Shown: positions 25,305 through 37,934 of the stretch, in pieces
How the letters are laid out: the number at the start of each line of letters is the position of its first letter
How positions within the stretch are numbered: position 1 is the stretch's first letter
Source: Marsupella aquatica
Taxonomy: Eukaryota; Plantae; Marchantiophyta
Length of the DNA stretch: 64,000 nt
Assembly (NCBI GenBank): GCA_973895155.1
Contig: OZ316895.1
Span: forward strand, 3,521,659-3,585,658
Direction of reading: 5' to 3'
Made by a program: the position numbers and the translations under genes
Notes under the pieces: model-generated
What the model was told of the DNA's origin: nothing
The model's input: only the letters and a program-made list of their open reading frames with translations
Database searches by the model: none

Positions 25305-28300
25305 ATGGCGACGATTACAGCAGGCCCATTGCATGCTGCTGCTGCTGTGGAGCTCCAGCTGAAGAATGGCCTTGGTAGCAGTAGAAGAAACCATCTGGAG
25401 CTCTCCCTCCCATGCAGAGTGCAGATTTTTAGACGAGAGTTTCGAAGATGTTCCGGGATGAGGTGTTCCGTTGGCAGCAGCCAAAATTCAGCTAAACGAG
25501 GAGGAGGAGGAGGAGGCAAAAGTGATAACGGTACCTCAGAGAATTTCGATGCATTGAGAAAATTGGATAGCAGCCGCTGCTCAAACTGTGAATCGGACAA
25601 GGATGGAGCTAACGGTGGCAATCCTGCTCGGAACCGAGGGTTTAGGGTTTTTCGGGGGCAATTGGATGTCACGAAGAGTGCCAAATCCGTGGGAATGGTG
25701 TTGGGAGGTGTAGTACTGGCTCTGGGTTTTGGTGCTCTTCGTTTCTGCAAGCCTGCGTATGCCGAAAATGTCGCGCCACCGCCAACTCTGAGCTCTCCTC
25801 TCAAAGTTGAGGAGCCCAAAGCAGAGCACAAATCGGACGAGGTTGTTGCTCCGGAAGATCAGTCGTCTGCAGGGCAAGAAATGAGTGGAGCTGAAGGGGA
25901 ATTCGAGCCGCCTTTCGGAGAAGGGTCCGATTTGACGAATGATCCGGCGGAAGTGCTCTTGAGAAGCTATTTGCAAATGAATCCCGCCGATACGAAGGCG
26001 CTGCAAGCCTTGTTGTTTCTGCGATTGAAGAAAGGACAGGTCAGTGCGGCAGGGCCTGTGCTGGAGAAGTTGATGGAGCTTGAGCCTGATAATCTGGAGT
26101 GGAAGTACATCAGAGCCCAGGCTGATGAATTCGCTGGCGATCTGCCCCAGGCTCGTCGAGGGTTTGAAGAGATCCTGCAGATCAGGCCTTTGTCTGCGAG
26201 AGCATGGCAGGTAGGTGTGAATGAGTGCTTTCATTCTCAATGAAGATTCTGTCTCTAAACCATGAAAATCAGTACACCATTTACAGGATGTGTTCTGGTC
26301 TATGTTGTGACTTAAAATTAAGATGGGTCATACCAGTTATCAGGTTTTTGTTACAATACTGTGAGTCACCATAACATGAGCTACACTAAAATTGATCTGC
26401 ATGCTAAAATCATTCCAAGTACAAACGTAACCTTTGTCGCGCTCAAATGTTTTTGGAGGCTGGAGACCAGTGCCACACTAGCACTATTCAGACTAATAAC
26501 TTGTTGGAGGCGAGGGCAAGTGCTATGTTATCTTGAGTCACGCTAATACCATTATCAGAGACATTATATGGTTTCTTCCCGCAACAAATGCATTTGTAAA
26601 AACTGTGACGGAGACCAATCCTGAAAACAGGGTAGATATCGTTCACAATCCGTCCATGTGCATACTCGAATCTCTACGGAGCCCAGAGGACTTGTTTTGA
26701 GCCAATTGTTGGAACCCTGCGTTTAACAAACTCAAGACGAGTGCTCGTTCCCCACGGCAATAGATCGTACGTGGTGGAAATGATGAGGTAGTCCTTCAGA
26801 CTACTCGTTAGAACTGTACCTTCCAGGTGTAAGGGTTTAAGCCCGCTCTCGGAATCTCTGTATCATTGCGTCATGTCATGGAAGATGACGGTTCGTGAAT
26901 TGTTCGTGACTCATATTATCGAGAGTCCACCCTTCTGAGCTCTTGCAGGGTTTAGGGTTTAAGGGATCCCAGGTGCAATCCTATGCTCCTGAGATGCTTT
27001 CAACCTTTTAAGATCCGTGTAAAGGCGCTTTCGGTCCCTCCGTGAGACAAGGAAAAACTTTCCTTCCCGTATGGACACAGCGAGAGTGCGTCTTACTAAA
27101 CAAAACATGGAATTTCGACAGGATGATGAGGGTTTTGCTGATTTATTTCAGGCCTTTCTCGGTGTGTTGGTCTTCACATATAACATGCAATTCGACTTGA
27201 CGGCATTTGTGAATCCGTTGCAGGGCTTGGCAGTCGTCATGCACAGGACAGGCGAAAATGAAGAAGCGCTCAAAATGCTAAACGAAGCTGTACAGACAGC
27301 CGTTGCTTCAGGCCAATCAAAAGAGTCCCTGAATTTAAAAATGCTTATGGGCCAGCTACACACAATTCAGGTTCGTTTTCTTCTCGTTGCCACAGTTTCG
27401 TTCCGTCTGTAAACTTCCAACCCAGCCCTATAGATGCTTGTGTAAGTGTCTCTGTTCCTGTTTCACCTTATAGATAGCTTTGGAATTTTGTGACTCGATT
27501 TTAGTACGCAATTGAACGAGCTGATTCCAACGGTTCAACATTTTTGGCTCAAGTGATATAACCTCTCGTACTTCAGTAACATAAGAGCCTCTTTAAGAAC
27601 TAACCAAATTCATAATCAGTACATTTGCGCTTTGTAAGTCACACAACACATTGCCGTGCAACTTTGCTCCGTCCCCTTTTTGTTGTCCCCGATTGTCATC
27701 CTATGTACTTGACAAGGATTAACCTAGTGTTCATGGACATGCCTCCAGGGTGATTTGGAGAAAGCCATGGAGCTATACAAGCTTGTAGTCGAAGAAGATC
27801 CACAGGACTATCGACCGTATCTCTGTCAGGTTTGACGATCCTTAGATCCCATGATACATCAAATGACTCTGAACTGCTGGTGCTCTACGAAATCTTAACA
27901 TGAATTGCCTGAAAATCAACTTGGATTATTATCTACCAGGCTACCCCAGCTCAGTTGCCGAGGTCTGATTTTGACTGGATCTATGGTTTCGGACCCTCAC
28001 TACCTCAGATCTCAAAATTATAACTTCATGAGTGGTTTGCTCCTGCTCTTCGCGTTGATCCAGATGTGTTAGGGGTTAATGATGTAGTGATTAGCTGGTC
28101 TTCTCTTGATATTGGTATTGACTTAGATAAAATGGGAGAATCTTTCAAGGATTGTAACGTATGGCTGTTTTGTGTGCGGAACCCCGGTGCACTCTGTTTT
28201 GAGCTCCTGTTTCTTGCTTGCTTTTACAGGGACTGGTATACAGTATCATTGGAGAGGACGCGGAGGCAGAGAAGTACTTTCGACGGTACCGTAAACTGTG

Positions 28301-28490
28301 TCCAAAGGACCTACAACAGCGAGGCTTCCTTGATGAGTTGATGCTGAGAGCCAAGAGCGAATCGAAGGAGTTAAGTAAACGCTCCAAGAAAGAAGAAGAG
28401 CTGAAGAAGAAAGGGAAAACCCCCCCTAAACCCATGCGGCAGCCTCTTGCCTCGGGTGCCGGCCCTAAAGGCAATCAAGATGCCAGATAG
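25305..28490 (+). CDS. SG1: Chloroplast TPR protein, SLOW GREEN 1 / chloroplast-lumen-common family, ~464 aa. Exons 25305-26210, 27224-27370, 27749-27829, 28230-28490
   Basis: Three GT-AG introns, all phase 0, join ...PLSARAWQ|GLAVVMH...QLHTIQ|GDLEKAMELYKLVVEEDPQDYRPYLCQ|GLVYSIIGEDAEAEKYFRRYRKLCP. The D(F/Y)RPYLCQG motif and TPR helices match the SG1 family. The N-terminus is Ser/Arg-rich like a transit peptide, followed by a hydrophobic segment ending in A-Y-A. Confidence 0.88.
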
Positions 28491-29571
28491 TGGGTGGAGA
28501 AACATTGCTCAAAAATTTAAATGTTTAGTGATGAAGTTTTGACAGTTTTATATTCAAAGGGTTATACGGGCACAGTTTGGAATGTTGACACGCTTTGAAC
28601 ATGAGGTCTTTCGTGTGCTTTTTGATGCGGGATAGAGGAAGTGGAGAGCTGGCAAAAGAACTGAGCGGGAGTGGTGCCCAGACATACTACTATTATTTCA
28701 AAGGACTGGACAGGACGTTGTGGGGCCTTGTCAGAAGTCTGATCCAGTGTTATAGGAAATCCTGGGGTTGCATCTTCACCTGAAGAGGTGCAAGATTCAC
28801 AAGAGGTTGTGAATCGGTTCCAACAGATCATTTGGTAGAGAAACTTTAGGATCTTCGAATCCTTTGTTCTCTCGCTAGACTCCCTCAGCCGCTTGAATTT
28901 ACGTACTACAGGCCTCAGTTCATCCTCTCTTAAGAATCTTTTTTTTTTAGTTCTCTGAATTTTTTTATGGAATCTATCATAAATTTCGTGCTAACCCCAC
29001 GGATGAGGGGAGGCCAAGCAGGCCACACAGCCCAGACTTCTCTTAAGAATCTTAGAATGTGATGATGGCAAAAGCTGCCCTCCTTTGAAGGCCCAAGAAC
29101 ATTTCGTGCCAAAGCCATTTGGGGCGAAATGAAGTGAACCATGAGGAATTATCTGTGCAAGGGATCACAAGCTTGTGAAGATCGATGTAAGATTAGCCTA
29201 GTGCCCATCCATAGCACATTGTCATTGCAGCCATGTGGAGGCAAGGAAACGTTGCAGCAAAACCTAGTCAAAGGTGTTGCACCTCAGGCAGGGCCATGGC
29301 ACACATGAGCATTCATCAGGAGGGCTGGGGGAGGCAAGGGCAGCAACATTTTCTTCTTCTTTTGCCCCCTCTGCCCACGTCCCCTTCCCCTCCCCTTTCT
29401 CTTCTCCCCCTCCCTGCACCCTGTGTTGTGTTGTGCAGGTGTTGGGGCAGGCAAGGCAGCCTGTGGGGTGGTGAGCACATTGGACGGGGGGAGGCAAGCG
29501 GGTGGGCTTAGGACGGGCCTGCTGGTGATCTAACAATGCAAGAAAAACAGGCCCATTATCCAACATCCAAG

Positions 29572-29714
29572 ATTGTTTCCTGCTCACAACTTTTTTTTGC
29601 CAAAAAGACCATGGAGTAGGCGGGATTGCATATCATAGTGGTTATTGTTTCCTGCTCACAACTTTTTTGGTCAAAAAGACCATGGAGTAGGAGGGATTGC
29701 ATATTATAGTGGTT
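29572..29714. repeat. Two-copy tandem duplication (~72-bp period)
   Basis: ATTGTTTCCTGCTCACAACTTTTTT..CAAAA.GACCATGGAGTAGG.GGGATTGCATAT.ATAGTGGTT occurs twice. Confidence 0.85.
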
Positions 29715-30698
29715 AATACTCTCGAGACTTTTTCCACTTTTGGATTGGCAAAAAAGTGTGGAGGCCAAAGTCTCTTCTGACACAAAGTGCACTATTCTGT
29801 CAACCCAGAAAGAGTTCAGGGTGAAGAAAGAGGACTGGATGGATAGGAGGCCCAAATACTCCATGCTCTCCAACTTCAGCACCCTCAATCTATCTATACA
29901 ACTCAGATTGTGAAAACTGTCTACCCTTTCTCAAGTTTGCGCGGGTTAGACTTGTGAACACTGGGTTATGGATTTTCATACCGAGGGACAGCTGGGACAC
30001 TGAAGTTTGTTTAACATGTCTTCTGAAAAAATCAAAACTTTGGTATTATTAAGCAGTTCAAGCCTGTAGTGTATTTTTTGCTCCTTTACTTTCATTATGA
30101 TTTTTTAGTAATTATGCTTAAAAATATTCAAACATAACACATGTCATAATATGATTAAACAAGCCCAATGCCACATGTCAAGAAAAAGATGTTGAGACTA
30201 GGCAAGGAAATGTGGGCAAGATAAAGAAATGCAGATGAGGAAAGAAAATGTAAGGGAGTCAGAGATGGGATCCAAGGAAGGAGAGTGTTGTAATAACCAT
30301 GTGCAATCTAAAATATTTATTTTTGATGTAAATTGATTAAATTTTTTAAAATATATATGAGATAAAAAATATCAGAAACTCAAGTTTATAGAATATTATA
30401 TATATATATATATTAATATATTAATATTGAAAATAAGATATATTGAATTTTTGTAATATTTTCTTTCCTCCAACATATTTTCAAAAAGCTTGTGCTTTTG
30501 TTGTCTTCTCCTTCTCCAGTTGCCTTGCAAGTGAAAAACTAATAATTATTTTAAGATTCACAATCATAAGTTATAAAATATTATAATATTTTTGGGTATA
30601 ATAACATATTAAATTTTAATTCAAATTATTTAAGTTGAAAAAGGTATCAAAATTGATTAAAATTGTCACCCACAATAATTAATTTTTGAAATTGATAA

Positions 30699-30952
30699 AT
30701 ATCAAGATAGGAAATGCATACCAACAGTGAGACCCACAGGCACTCTTGGATGAAAGACACTACTTGGATGATTAATCCTGATAGGTTAATGGATAATTAG
30801 ACCCTCAAGCAATGGTGAAAAATCATTTTTTTAATTGATGAAGGTATCAAGATAGAAAATGCATACCAATAGCGAGACCCACAAGCACTGTTGAAAGGGG
30901 AAACGATGAAAGACACGACTTGGACAAAAAATCCTGATAGATTAATGGATAA
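30699..30952. repeat. Degenerate direct repeat (~145-bp period) next to a very AT-rich block
   Basis: TATCAAGATAG.AAATGCATACCAA.AG.GAGACCCACA.GCACT...GATGAAAGACAC.ACTTGGA...AATCCTGATAG.TTAATGGATAA occurs twice. Confidence 0.8.
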
Positions 30953-31073
30953 ATGGTCTCACCCTAGTTTGTGCTCAAGGGACACTTTTCCCCCTCCAAA
31001 GCTGACCTCACCATAATAGATCTCTCCAAGAGATAGCTCTATACTGCCCCTTATTGTTGTCCCCCCAACGTGC

Positions 31074-31250
31074 GTCATGCGCGGCTCTACACCCGGTATT
31101 ACTGTCTCGCCAACATCATCCACTGGCCTTTTGTTTTCTTTTGTATTTTTTAGTAACAAAAAGTCATGCGCGGCACTACACCCGGTATTGTTGTCTCGCC
31201 AACATCATCCACTGCCCTTTTGTTTTCTTTTGTATTTTTTAGTAACAAAA
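31074..31250. repeat. Two-copy tandem duplication (~89-bp period)
   Basis: GTCATGCGCGGC.CTACACCCGGTATT..TGTCTCGCCAACATCATCCACTG.CCTTTTGTTTTCTTTTGTATTTTTTAGTAACAAAA occurs twice. Confidence 0.88.
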
Positions 31251-31774
31251 GGTCACTGGAATCCACCTCTCCAAAAAGTTTCCTCTCCTTTTGGCCAAAA
31301 TATGCAAATATGCTAGGTTTTCTGTTTCGCATTAGCCACTTTCCCACCTAGCCAAACCCAATAGGCAGAATGTTGCGGTTATCCATAAATACAGGGAGTT
31401 AGGAAAATCAAAAAACAATTCCATGAATCCAGTGAGCTAGGTAGATCAGAAAATAATTCTAGAAAATCACATGAAGAGAATTCCTGGCATCTTTTTGAGT
31501 GGCGAGAAAGGAAAATCCTAAGACTTTGAAAAATAAAGGAAAGACCTGAAACCCACTCCCACCTGGCTACCAACCTACATTGTCAGCCATGGCAGCAGAA
31601 GATCCCACCAACCATGGTTACGATCCACATGCCACACAAGAATGTGGGATGGGGCTCACCAAGTCAACATAAAATTTGGGAGCCATTCCTTGGGATTGTC
31701 CCCAGGGTGGTTCCCACGAAGTCCTTCAAATTAATCTTTTGTGGCCCACATTTATCTAGCGCGAAGCACGGCTA

Positions 31775-32238
31775 GGATTCAGGGCATGCAGTGGAAAGGC
31801 TGACCTAATAAAGCAACTTCAGGGCCTGCGGTCTAGAAGCATATGAGTGCAAGCAACTTCAGGGCCAGAGGTCTAGAAGCATATGAGTGCAGCACGATGC
31901 GAAGCTTGCATTCAGGGCATGCATTCTAAAGGCTTACCTACAAAGGCTGCTCCAGGGCCTGTGGTCTGGAGGTTTAACTAATAAATAAGAAGTGAAGGGA
32001 ATAGGATTCTGGGCCTGGCCCACAGGCTTAACTAATAGAGCACTATTCGAAGCTACCGTAGGACAGGGGCCTGCAATCGAGAGCCTTACTTAACTAATAA
32101 AGCACTGTACAGATTCAGGGCCTGGAGTCGAGAGACTTCACCTAACAGGACAGATTCAGCGCCTGCGGTCTGGAGGCTTTACTAGTCTAGCAGCTTAATT
32201 AATATAGCACGATGGGGAGCTAGGATTCAGGGTCTCCC
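31775..32238. repeat. Degenerate array of ~10 units (40-70-bp spacing) with core TTCAGGGCCTG
   Basis: Cores at ~31776, 31817, 31856, 31909, 31949, 32003, 32062, 32111, 32152 and 32223. Approximate consensus GATTCAGGGCCTGCGGTCTRGAGGCTTWACTAATAAAGCA. Confidence 0.8.
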
Positions 32239-33594
32239 TTCTAAAAAAGAGAATTATATGCCTTATAGAGCAATCATATCCTGTTCGATTCGCTGACACT
32301 GATAGAAAAACTAGCCGGGGAATTTGCACCACTATCAGTCTCTTAAAGCAACAGCAGCGTTGAGGACGCTTTGTACCATCCTGAAACACTCTAACAAAGA
32401 AGAAAACAGAACACCTGCCACACAACTATTTCGTGCACTGAACCTAATTAATAGAACCTGTCAAAGCAACGTCATCCCACTTACACAAACGCTCAACCAA
32501 CAAAGGCTTCAAGGAGGTTTTGCACCATCACAAAACAACCTGAAGAAAGAAACCACACGCTCCTGTACATCTAACATTCACGTTGGAGGTCCTGACAAAG
32601 TGCAAGTCTTTGACCACTCTCTCTCTATCCGGGTTCAGAATGGTAGAACGGCAGACAACATGAAAAATGCAAAGATATAGAAACCTGAGGAACCATATTT
32701 CTAAGTAGGGAGGGAGGGGGAGTTTGCACAGCCGAAGTGGTTGACTGGGTTGTGTCAAAGATGCAATACAAACATGAACCCAACTCCTTCATAACGACCA
32801 GAGCCGACCCACAAAAACAGATTCTTTATTATTCCTAAGGTGCGCACAAGTTAGGCCCTCCAAAAGAATCAGCGCCGTTATCATTCCTCACTGCATTCAA
32901 CACGTGAACCACCATTGACCCTCAATATCAAGGGCCTGTATGTAAGACAAAACATAATAGCATCGTAGCAGGGCCTTCATAGAACCAAATAATTCTGCTC
33001 TCCTGAAGCACACACAACACATCAGCAGCTCCTACTATCAAGGGCCGACATATAAGACCAAACATCAAGGCATCAAAGCAGGTTCTTCTCAGGAATGGAT
33101 GTCCAGGCTTCTTAAAGCACATAAATTACATCAGCTATTTGAGCCCCTAATCGAGGACTAACATATAAAACAGAGTAAGGGGCATCATAGCATAGCGGAG
33201 CCTTCACAGAACTGGGAGCCCTTGTTTCCTGAAGTTCATAGCGCATGTCAACCTCATTTCAACCCCTGATATGGAGGCAGGAAATTCAAGGCACTCCAAG
33301 TAGAATCACGGCACCAGAATCCTCAGCTCTCCCGATGTACATAAAACGCATGAGCCTCATTCTAGCTCTGCCTATCAAGGCCAAGTTTGACATAAAACAT
33401 GCATCACCACATAGCTCCTTTGTCGCACCAAGCCCTCTGCATTTCCTGAAGTATATACTACATGCGAGCCTTTGTTTGGACCCTCCCTATTCAGGGCCAA
33501 AATGTAAGGTATTACAGGAGAGCATCACAGGGAAACAGATACGGAATGAGTCCTCAGCCTGCCTGCCTGCCTGCCTCCTCTGCACATAATACTG

Positions 33595-35238
33595 CTACCA
33601 CAATCCCTTTGAACTATTGCTACCTTTATTTGAACTTCGCCTGGAAATATCAACATCCGCGAGCCCATTCTCCAGTGCTCGAACTAAATTTTCGAAGTAG
33701 GTACGTGTCACACTCGTCAACCCTGCAAGTTTAGTACGAAATTCGTTGAAATTATTTTGTGTGTCTCCGTCCAGAAACACTTGCAAATCCTTTTCTGCAC
33801 ACTGATGAAGTCTCTCCAAATGGGCTTCTGCCTCCCCTTGCACATACTCAAAAAATTGCCGCTTGAGGTGATCATTGTCAGGTAAATAGTAGCCATATGC
33901 GTAAGTCCACTTCAAGACTCGTCGACACTCCACAATCTGCAGCCAAGCTTCATTCACGAATTTCAATTGGGATACAGGTTGGCATTGCTTATCGCTGAGC
34001 TTCTCAATCTGCACAGCTTGCATCTGCTGAAGATCAGAGAGGGCTTTTGCCCTCGAAGATTCGTTTGTGGCCCAGCGCTCATAGTAATGCGTGTAACGTT
34101 CCAACGAGTTTTTAGCCATTTCTCGTCTTCTTTCCGCTTCATCATACACACCTTCTTGCTTGGCTGTCTCATATCGGTTGCACGCATAGAATCCTCCGGT
34201 CCTCTCACCGTGGTTAATCCAAGCTCCGAGACAGAGCCAGCAAAATTCAAATTTACAGGGTGGTGTGCAGGTAATATGCATGCACCCTTGGTTTTTTTCT
34301 ATAGGTCGCTTACACTTTGGACAAGGCTTGGAATTGGCCAGGATCCAGTTCATATTTTCAGATTCTGCACTATTTTTAAGAATCCACTTCGCAACAGTCT
34401 CACAATCCACGGGTCGATGAGCCTCCTCCAGACAATTCCAGCAAAAGTTGTGAGAACACTTGCATACAATGTCGTACGAGCCAGCACCAGGTACGTACTC
34501 CACTGCATACTCGCAACCCGGAGCTGGGCACCACTTCGCCGTTCTGTTGTTTTCGACGAAGGTTCTCAGCAGGTATCGTGTATACTTGGCTCCGTCCTCT
34601 GGCGAGACCAACGACAAAACCATGTCTTCCCCAATCGCAGCGCCGCATGATGGATCAGCGCAGTGCAGAGTCAGACAGCCAGGTCCGTCGCTGATCGCGG
34701 TGCGGATGTACTGCGTCCAGCATGAGTCGCAGAAAAAATGCACACACGTCGGAGCCGCTTTCATTCTCTCCAATGAGTGCGACTCAAAACAAATTCCGCA
34801 TGTCATCTCCTTCGGGAGGTTTCTCCTTTCATCTGCCAGTTGTGGACGCTGGACCAGCCCCACACTTTCACGCACTCGTTCCTCATCTGCAAACCACTCG
34901 TCATTCACTTTGCTTACGCTCCAATTGAAGAATCGCAGTAGAATCCCAGCTTCAGTCCTCGACACCGAGAGGAAATTCGTGATAGTGGAGACCGCGTCTT
35001 CCTGCCGCTCCCGGATGTCCTTCTCACTCAAAATGGTGTAATTTGCCTGCGGCAGGCGGGAACTGGCGAGCAAGTCATCCGCGGCCGACCCGTCAAATGC
35101 CCCATAGTCAGACTCGTCGTTGTCGTCGTCACTCCCCATTTGTTGGTCACTCCCATCGTCTTCGTCTTCATTAGTATCATAGAAGTCTCCATCCGACATC
35201 CCACCCCAAGCATCCTGCATTTCATCTTCTGAGTCCAT
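33595..35238 (-). CDS. ARI8: ARIADNE-family RBR E3 ubiquitin ligase (ARI7/ARI8-like), 547 aa, intronless CDS
   Basis: Acidic N-terminus MDSEDEM, RING1 (CGICFE...[10 protein letters not shown]...CADPSC), IBR (KWCPAPGCE...[21 protein letters not shown]), RING2 ([31 protein letters not shown]) and the Ariadne domain ([12 protein letters not shown]...[15 protein letters not shown]). ARI7 versus ARI8 orthology is not resolved. Confidence 0.96.
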   Translation of the reverse strand: MDSEDEMQDAWGGMSDGDFYDTNEDEDDGSDQQMGSDDDNDESDYGAFDGSAADDLLASSRLPQANYTILSEKDIRERQEDAVSTITNFLSVSRTEAGILLRFFNWSVSKVNDEWFADEERVRESVGLVQRPQLADERRNLPKEMTCGICFESHSLERMKAAPTCVHFFCDSCWTQYIRTAISDGPGCLTLHCADPSCGAAIGEDMVLSLVSPEDGAKYTRYLLRTFVENNRTAKWCPAPGCEYAVEYVPGAGSYDIVCKCSHNFCWNCLEEAHRPVDCETVAKWILKNSAESENMNWILANSKPCPKCKRPIEKNQGCMHITCTPPCKFEFCWLCLGAWINHGERTGGFYACNRYETAKQEGVYDEAERRREMAKNSLERYTHYYERWATNESSRAKALSDLQQMQAVQIEKLSDKQCQPVSQLKFVNEAWLQIVECRRVLKWTYAYGYYLPDNDHLKRQFFEYVQGEAEAHLERLHQCAEKDLQVFLDGDTQNNFNEFRTKLAGLTSVTRTYFENLVRALENGLADVDISRRSSNKGSNSSKGLW

Positions 35239-36240
35239 CTACGGCTGACTTTACAGAGGAAGATTGATTTTCTCTTTCTTCTTCCAAAGGGGAATAGGGA
35301 TTGATTTATCAGACGACCCGCCCGACTCCCCACCAGACGACCAGAAAAGATGCCTCTCAGACGAGTACGTGTTTAACCTTTACCAACAATGGATTGAATC
35401 TCCTTCCTAACACCGGATCTGATCCGCCCTGCCCAATTGATGCTGATTACCGTGTGCCTATGCGATTCCAACGAGAAAACAGCATAAATTGAGCAGTATG
35501 CACGCAGTACATAGGTACAACCTCGTCAGCCCTAGCAATCCTATAAAATGGAACCTTTTCAACCCCCGACCTCTACAGAAAACGATAAGAGCACGGGTTT
35601 ACCACTTCTTCGGTCTCGAAAGATCAACAACACAACGTCCCCTTTGATGCTCCCGTCTTCTCGTTAACACCACCACGACAACATCATGGCACCACTTGAT
35701 GTCCGTCGTTCGCTTCCCTCTCGTCCGCTCGAAATCTCTGTCCTCCGGTCACCGATGCCGGCAAGGCGTCCTGCGGTCAGCCCCCCTCGCCTGCTAGGCC
35801 CCGACGATTTGCCCCAATTGAAGAAACCAGGGATGCACCACCCCGAGGCCGCATGAGAAAGAAGACCACCGCTGCTCCCCACTATAGAACGATGACGATG
35901 GTGGTGACGATGATCTAACAAGACGTGATGGGCCACCACCTCCGATGACCGAGGTAACCGGATGGATACGACCAACACTAGTTCGGTAGAGAACACCTAC
36001 ACACTCCGGAGAGAAGAATACTCGGTCGTCCCTCCCCTTACCTCCTTTCCTCCCGTGCCCTGCCCTGCCCTGCCTTGTCTTGCCTTTCCTTACTCTCCCT
36101 ATCACCTCACTTCGAGAGCCCTTTCTAGGTATTTCTCGATTACTTCCTCCTCCGCTCCGGAACTTCCCTGAAACGTTGCCACCTGATTGAATGTCAAATA
36201 CCGTAAACTAAGGTCTGACATAAAGACGGACCTACCAAAA

Positions 36241-36343
36241 AGAGAGAGCGAAGCTAGGGCATCAAGCATGCATCCTCGTTAGCGTCACCAGAAAGAGAGA
36301 GCGAAGCTAGGGCATCATGCATGCATCCTCCTCAGCGTCACCA
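36241..36343. repeat. Two-copy tandem duplication (~53-bp period) upstream of the ARIADNE CDS
   Basis: AGAGAGAGCGAAGCTAGGGCATCA.GCATGCATCCTC.T.AGCGTCACCA occurs twice. Confidence 0.85.
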
Positions 36344-37934
36344 TCACCAGATGTAACAAGAGAAATAGCAATCAGGGTCAATTCATTCAATCACGAGACC
36401 GAAAGAAACTTTCACAATTTCCAATAGGGATCCTAAGAAGGCCGACCGGGCCTTAATTCTGAACCTTGCCTATACGAGCCATTGTCCTCCCACAATAAAG
36501 TAGATGTACCCGGGACGCAACTCCAAGAAACCAAGATCGATGCATCACCTCCAACGTCTTCCTTCCTTTCCTCCCTTCTGCTTGCTTGCCCGATTGTTGA
36601 GCCGGACAGCCAGACAGCCAGCCCTTGTCCAGCCTTGCGCAGAGCAGAGTCCCAGAGCAGAACGGAGGAAAGGAACGAGACGACGGATTGATTGCTCTAC
36701 TTGAACCCTACCACTTGACTAAACCACGGAAGACACAGCGTCCAACCGACCGACCGCACAAAGCAACAGAGAGGTCGAGACGAGTCAGGCGATGAGATGA
36801 GACGCGATGAGATGAGATGAGTTTGGGCAGTACCGTAGAAAGACGACGATTGCAAACACTACCACACCGAGTCCCGTCGTGTCCGTCCGTTCGACGAATG
36901 TGCTTCTGTCAAGTATCTTCTGCCTATCCTCTCTCCCTGTGCTTCCTACCTGCAGGATCTTCAATAATACCACTCGGTCCCTACCACACAGCTTACTTTC
37001 CCGAATTCGATCCGTCTGACAGAGTACTACTCTCTCGAACTCTTTCTCTGTCCGGTCCGTTCGCCGCATGTACTCTCTCTCCTGTCCAAGGTTTGCTCGG
37101 TATCCTCTTCCCGCATTCCTCTCCTATTCCCTCTCCTCCGTTCCCAACGCACAGCTTTTCCCAATTCGATCCCACTGAAAAGGTTCTCTCTCTGTCTCGC
37201 CCTCTCTCTCATTCCCTACCTTGCCATATCAGACTGCCGCGAATTTCGTGGGTAGAAAGAAAAGACTGGCCGAAGATCGACGACCGAGTACCGACCCAGC
37301 GAGGAATTGGAAGATTCCTGTCCACCTCTCCTCACCTCTCTCTTCTCGCCCCTTCTTCCTATCTACAGTACTGTGGGCAAAATAGTAACACTAGACAACT
37401 CCGTTCGCCGAATGCACCACTCCCCGCGCACACCAACAATTCGATCGGCACCAGAGAGGTTCGCTCCCGAGTTCCCGTGCGTCTCTCTTGCGCCCGTTGT
37501 TGCTACCCGCCATCATCCATCGCAGTGGCGCGGTTTCGTGGATAGAAAGAAAAGACGAGATAGGCCCGAAGAGGCGAAGAGGCGAAGATCGACCCACCGA
37601 CCGACAGGGAGGGCGAGGGGCCGACGGATTGGGGAGAATAAACTGGTTACTGTACAGCCGTGAAATTGGTCAGAGGGAGGCAGCAAGGCGTGGCGCCGTG
37701 GCGGGGTGAAGGATGAGGACCGGAGGGCGCATCGAATCATCCACGAAGACGCTGCGACATCATTCTCGCTTCTCAGTCTTTGCGTCCAAGAGGAGAGCAG
37801 AGGAGACGAGAGGAAAGAAGCTGAGGAAGAGGAGAGCAGAGAGAGAGAGAGAGAGAGCGTGCGCATTCCAGAAAAGCGAAGTCAGGACAGTAAAGGGAAG
37901 GAGAGCAAGAAAGTGCCCCCCGGCCCAGGAAGCA

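Noticed and set aside
25280-26240. Minus-strand ORFs of 183 and 219 aa
   Set aside because: Antisense shadows of SG1 exon 1.
26775-26940. Possible intronic box C/D snoRNA (ATGATGA ... CTGA) in SG1 intron 1
   Set aside because: No convincing terminal stem or recognisable rRNA-complementary guide; the motifs are short enough to occur by chance.
31775-32238. CRISPR-like repeat/spacer appearance
   Set aside because: The context is eukaryotic with no cas genes. The repeats are degenerate, the spacers are related to each other, and their lengths are irregular.
33963-35041. ORFs of 227 aa and 193 aa on the + strand and short alternate-frame ORFs
   Set aside because: Antisense or alternate-frame shadows of the ARIADNE CDS.
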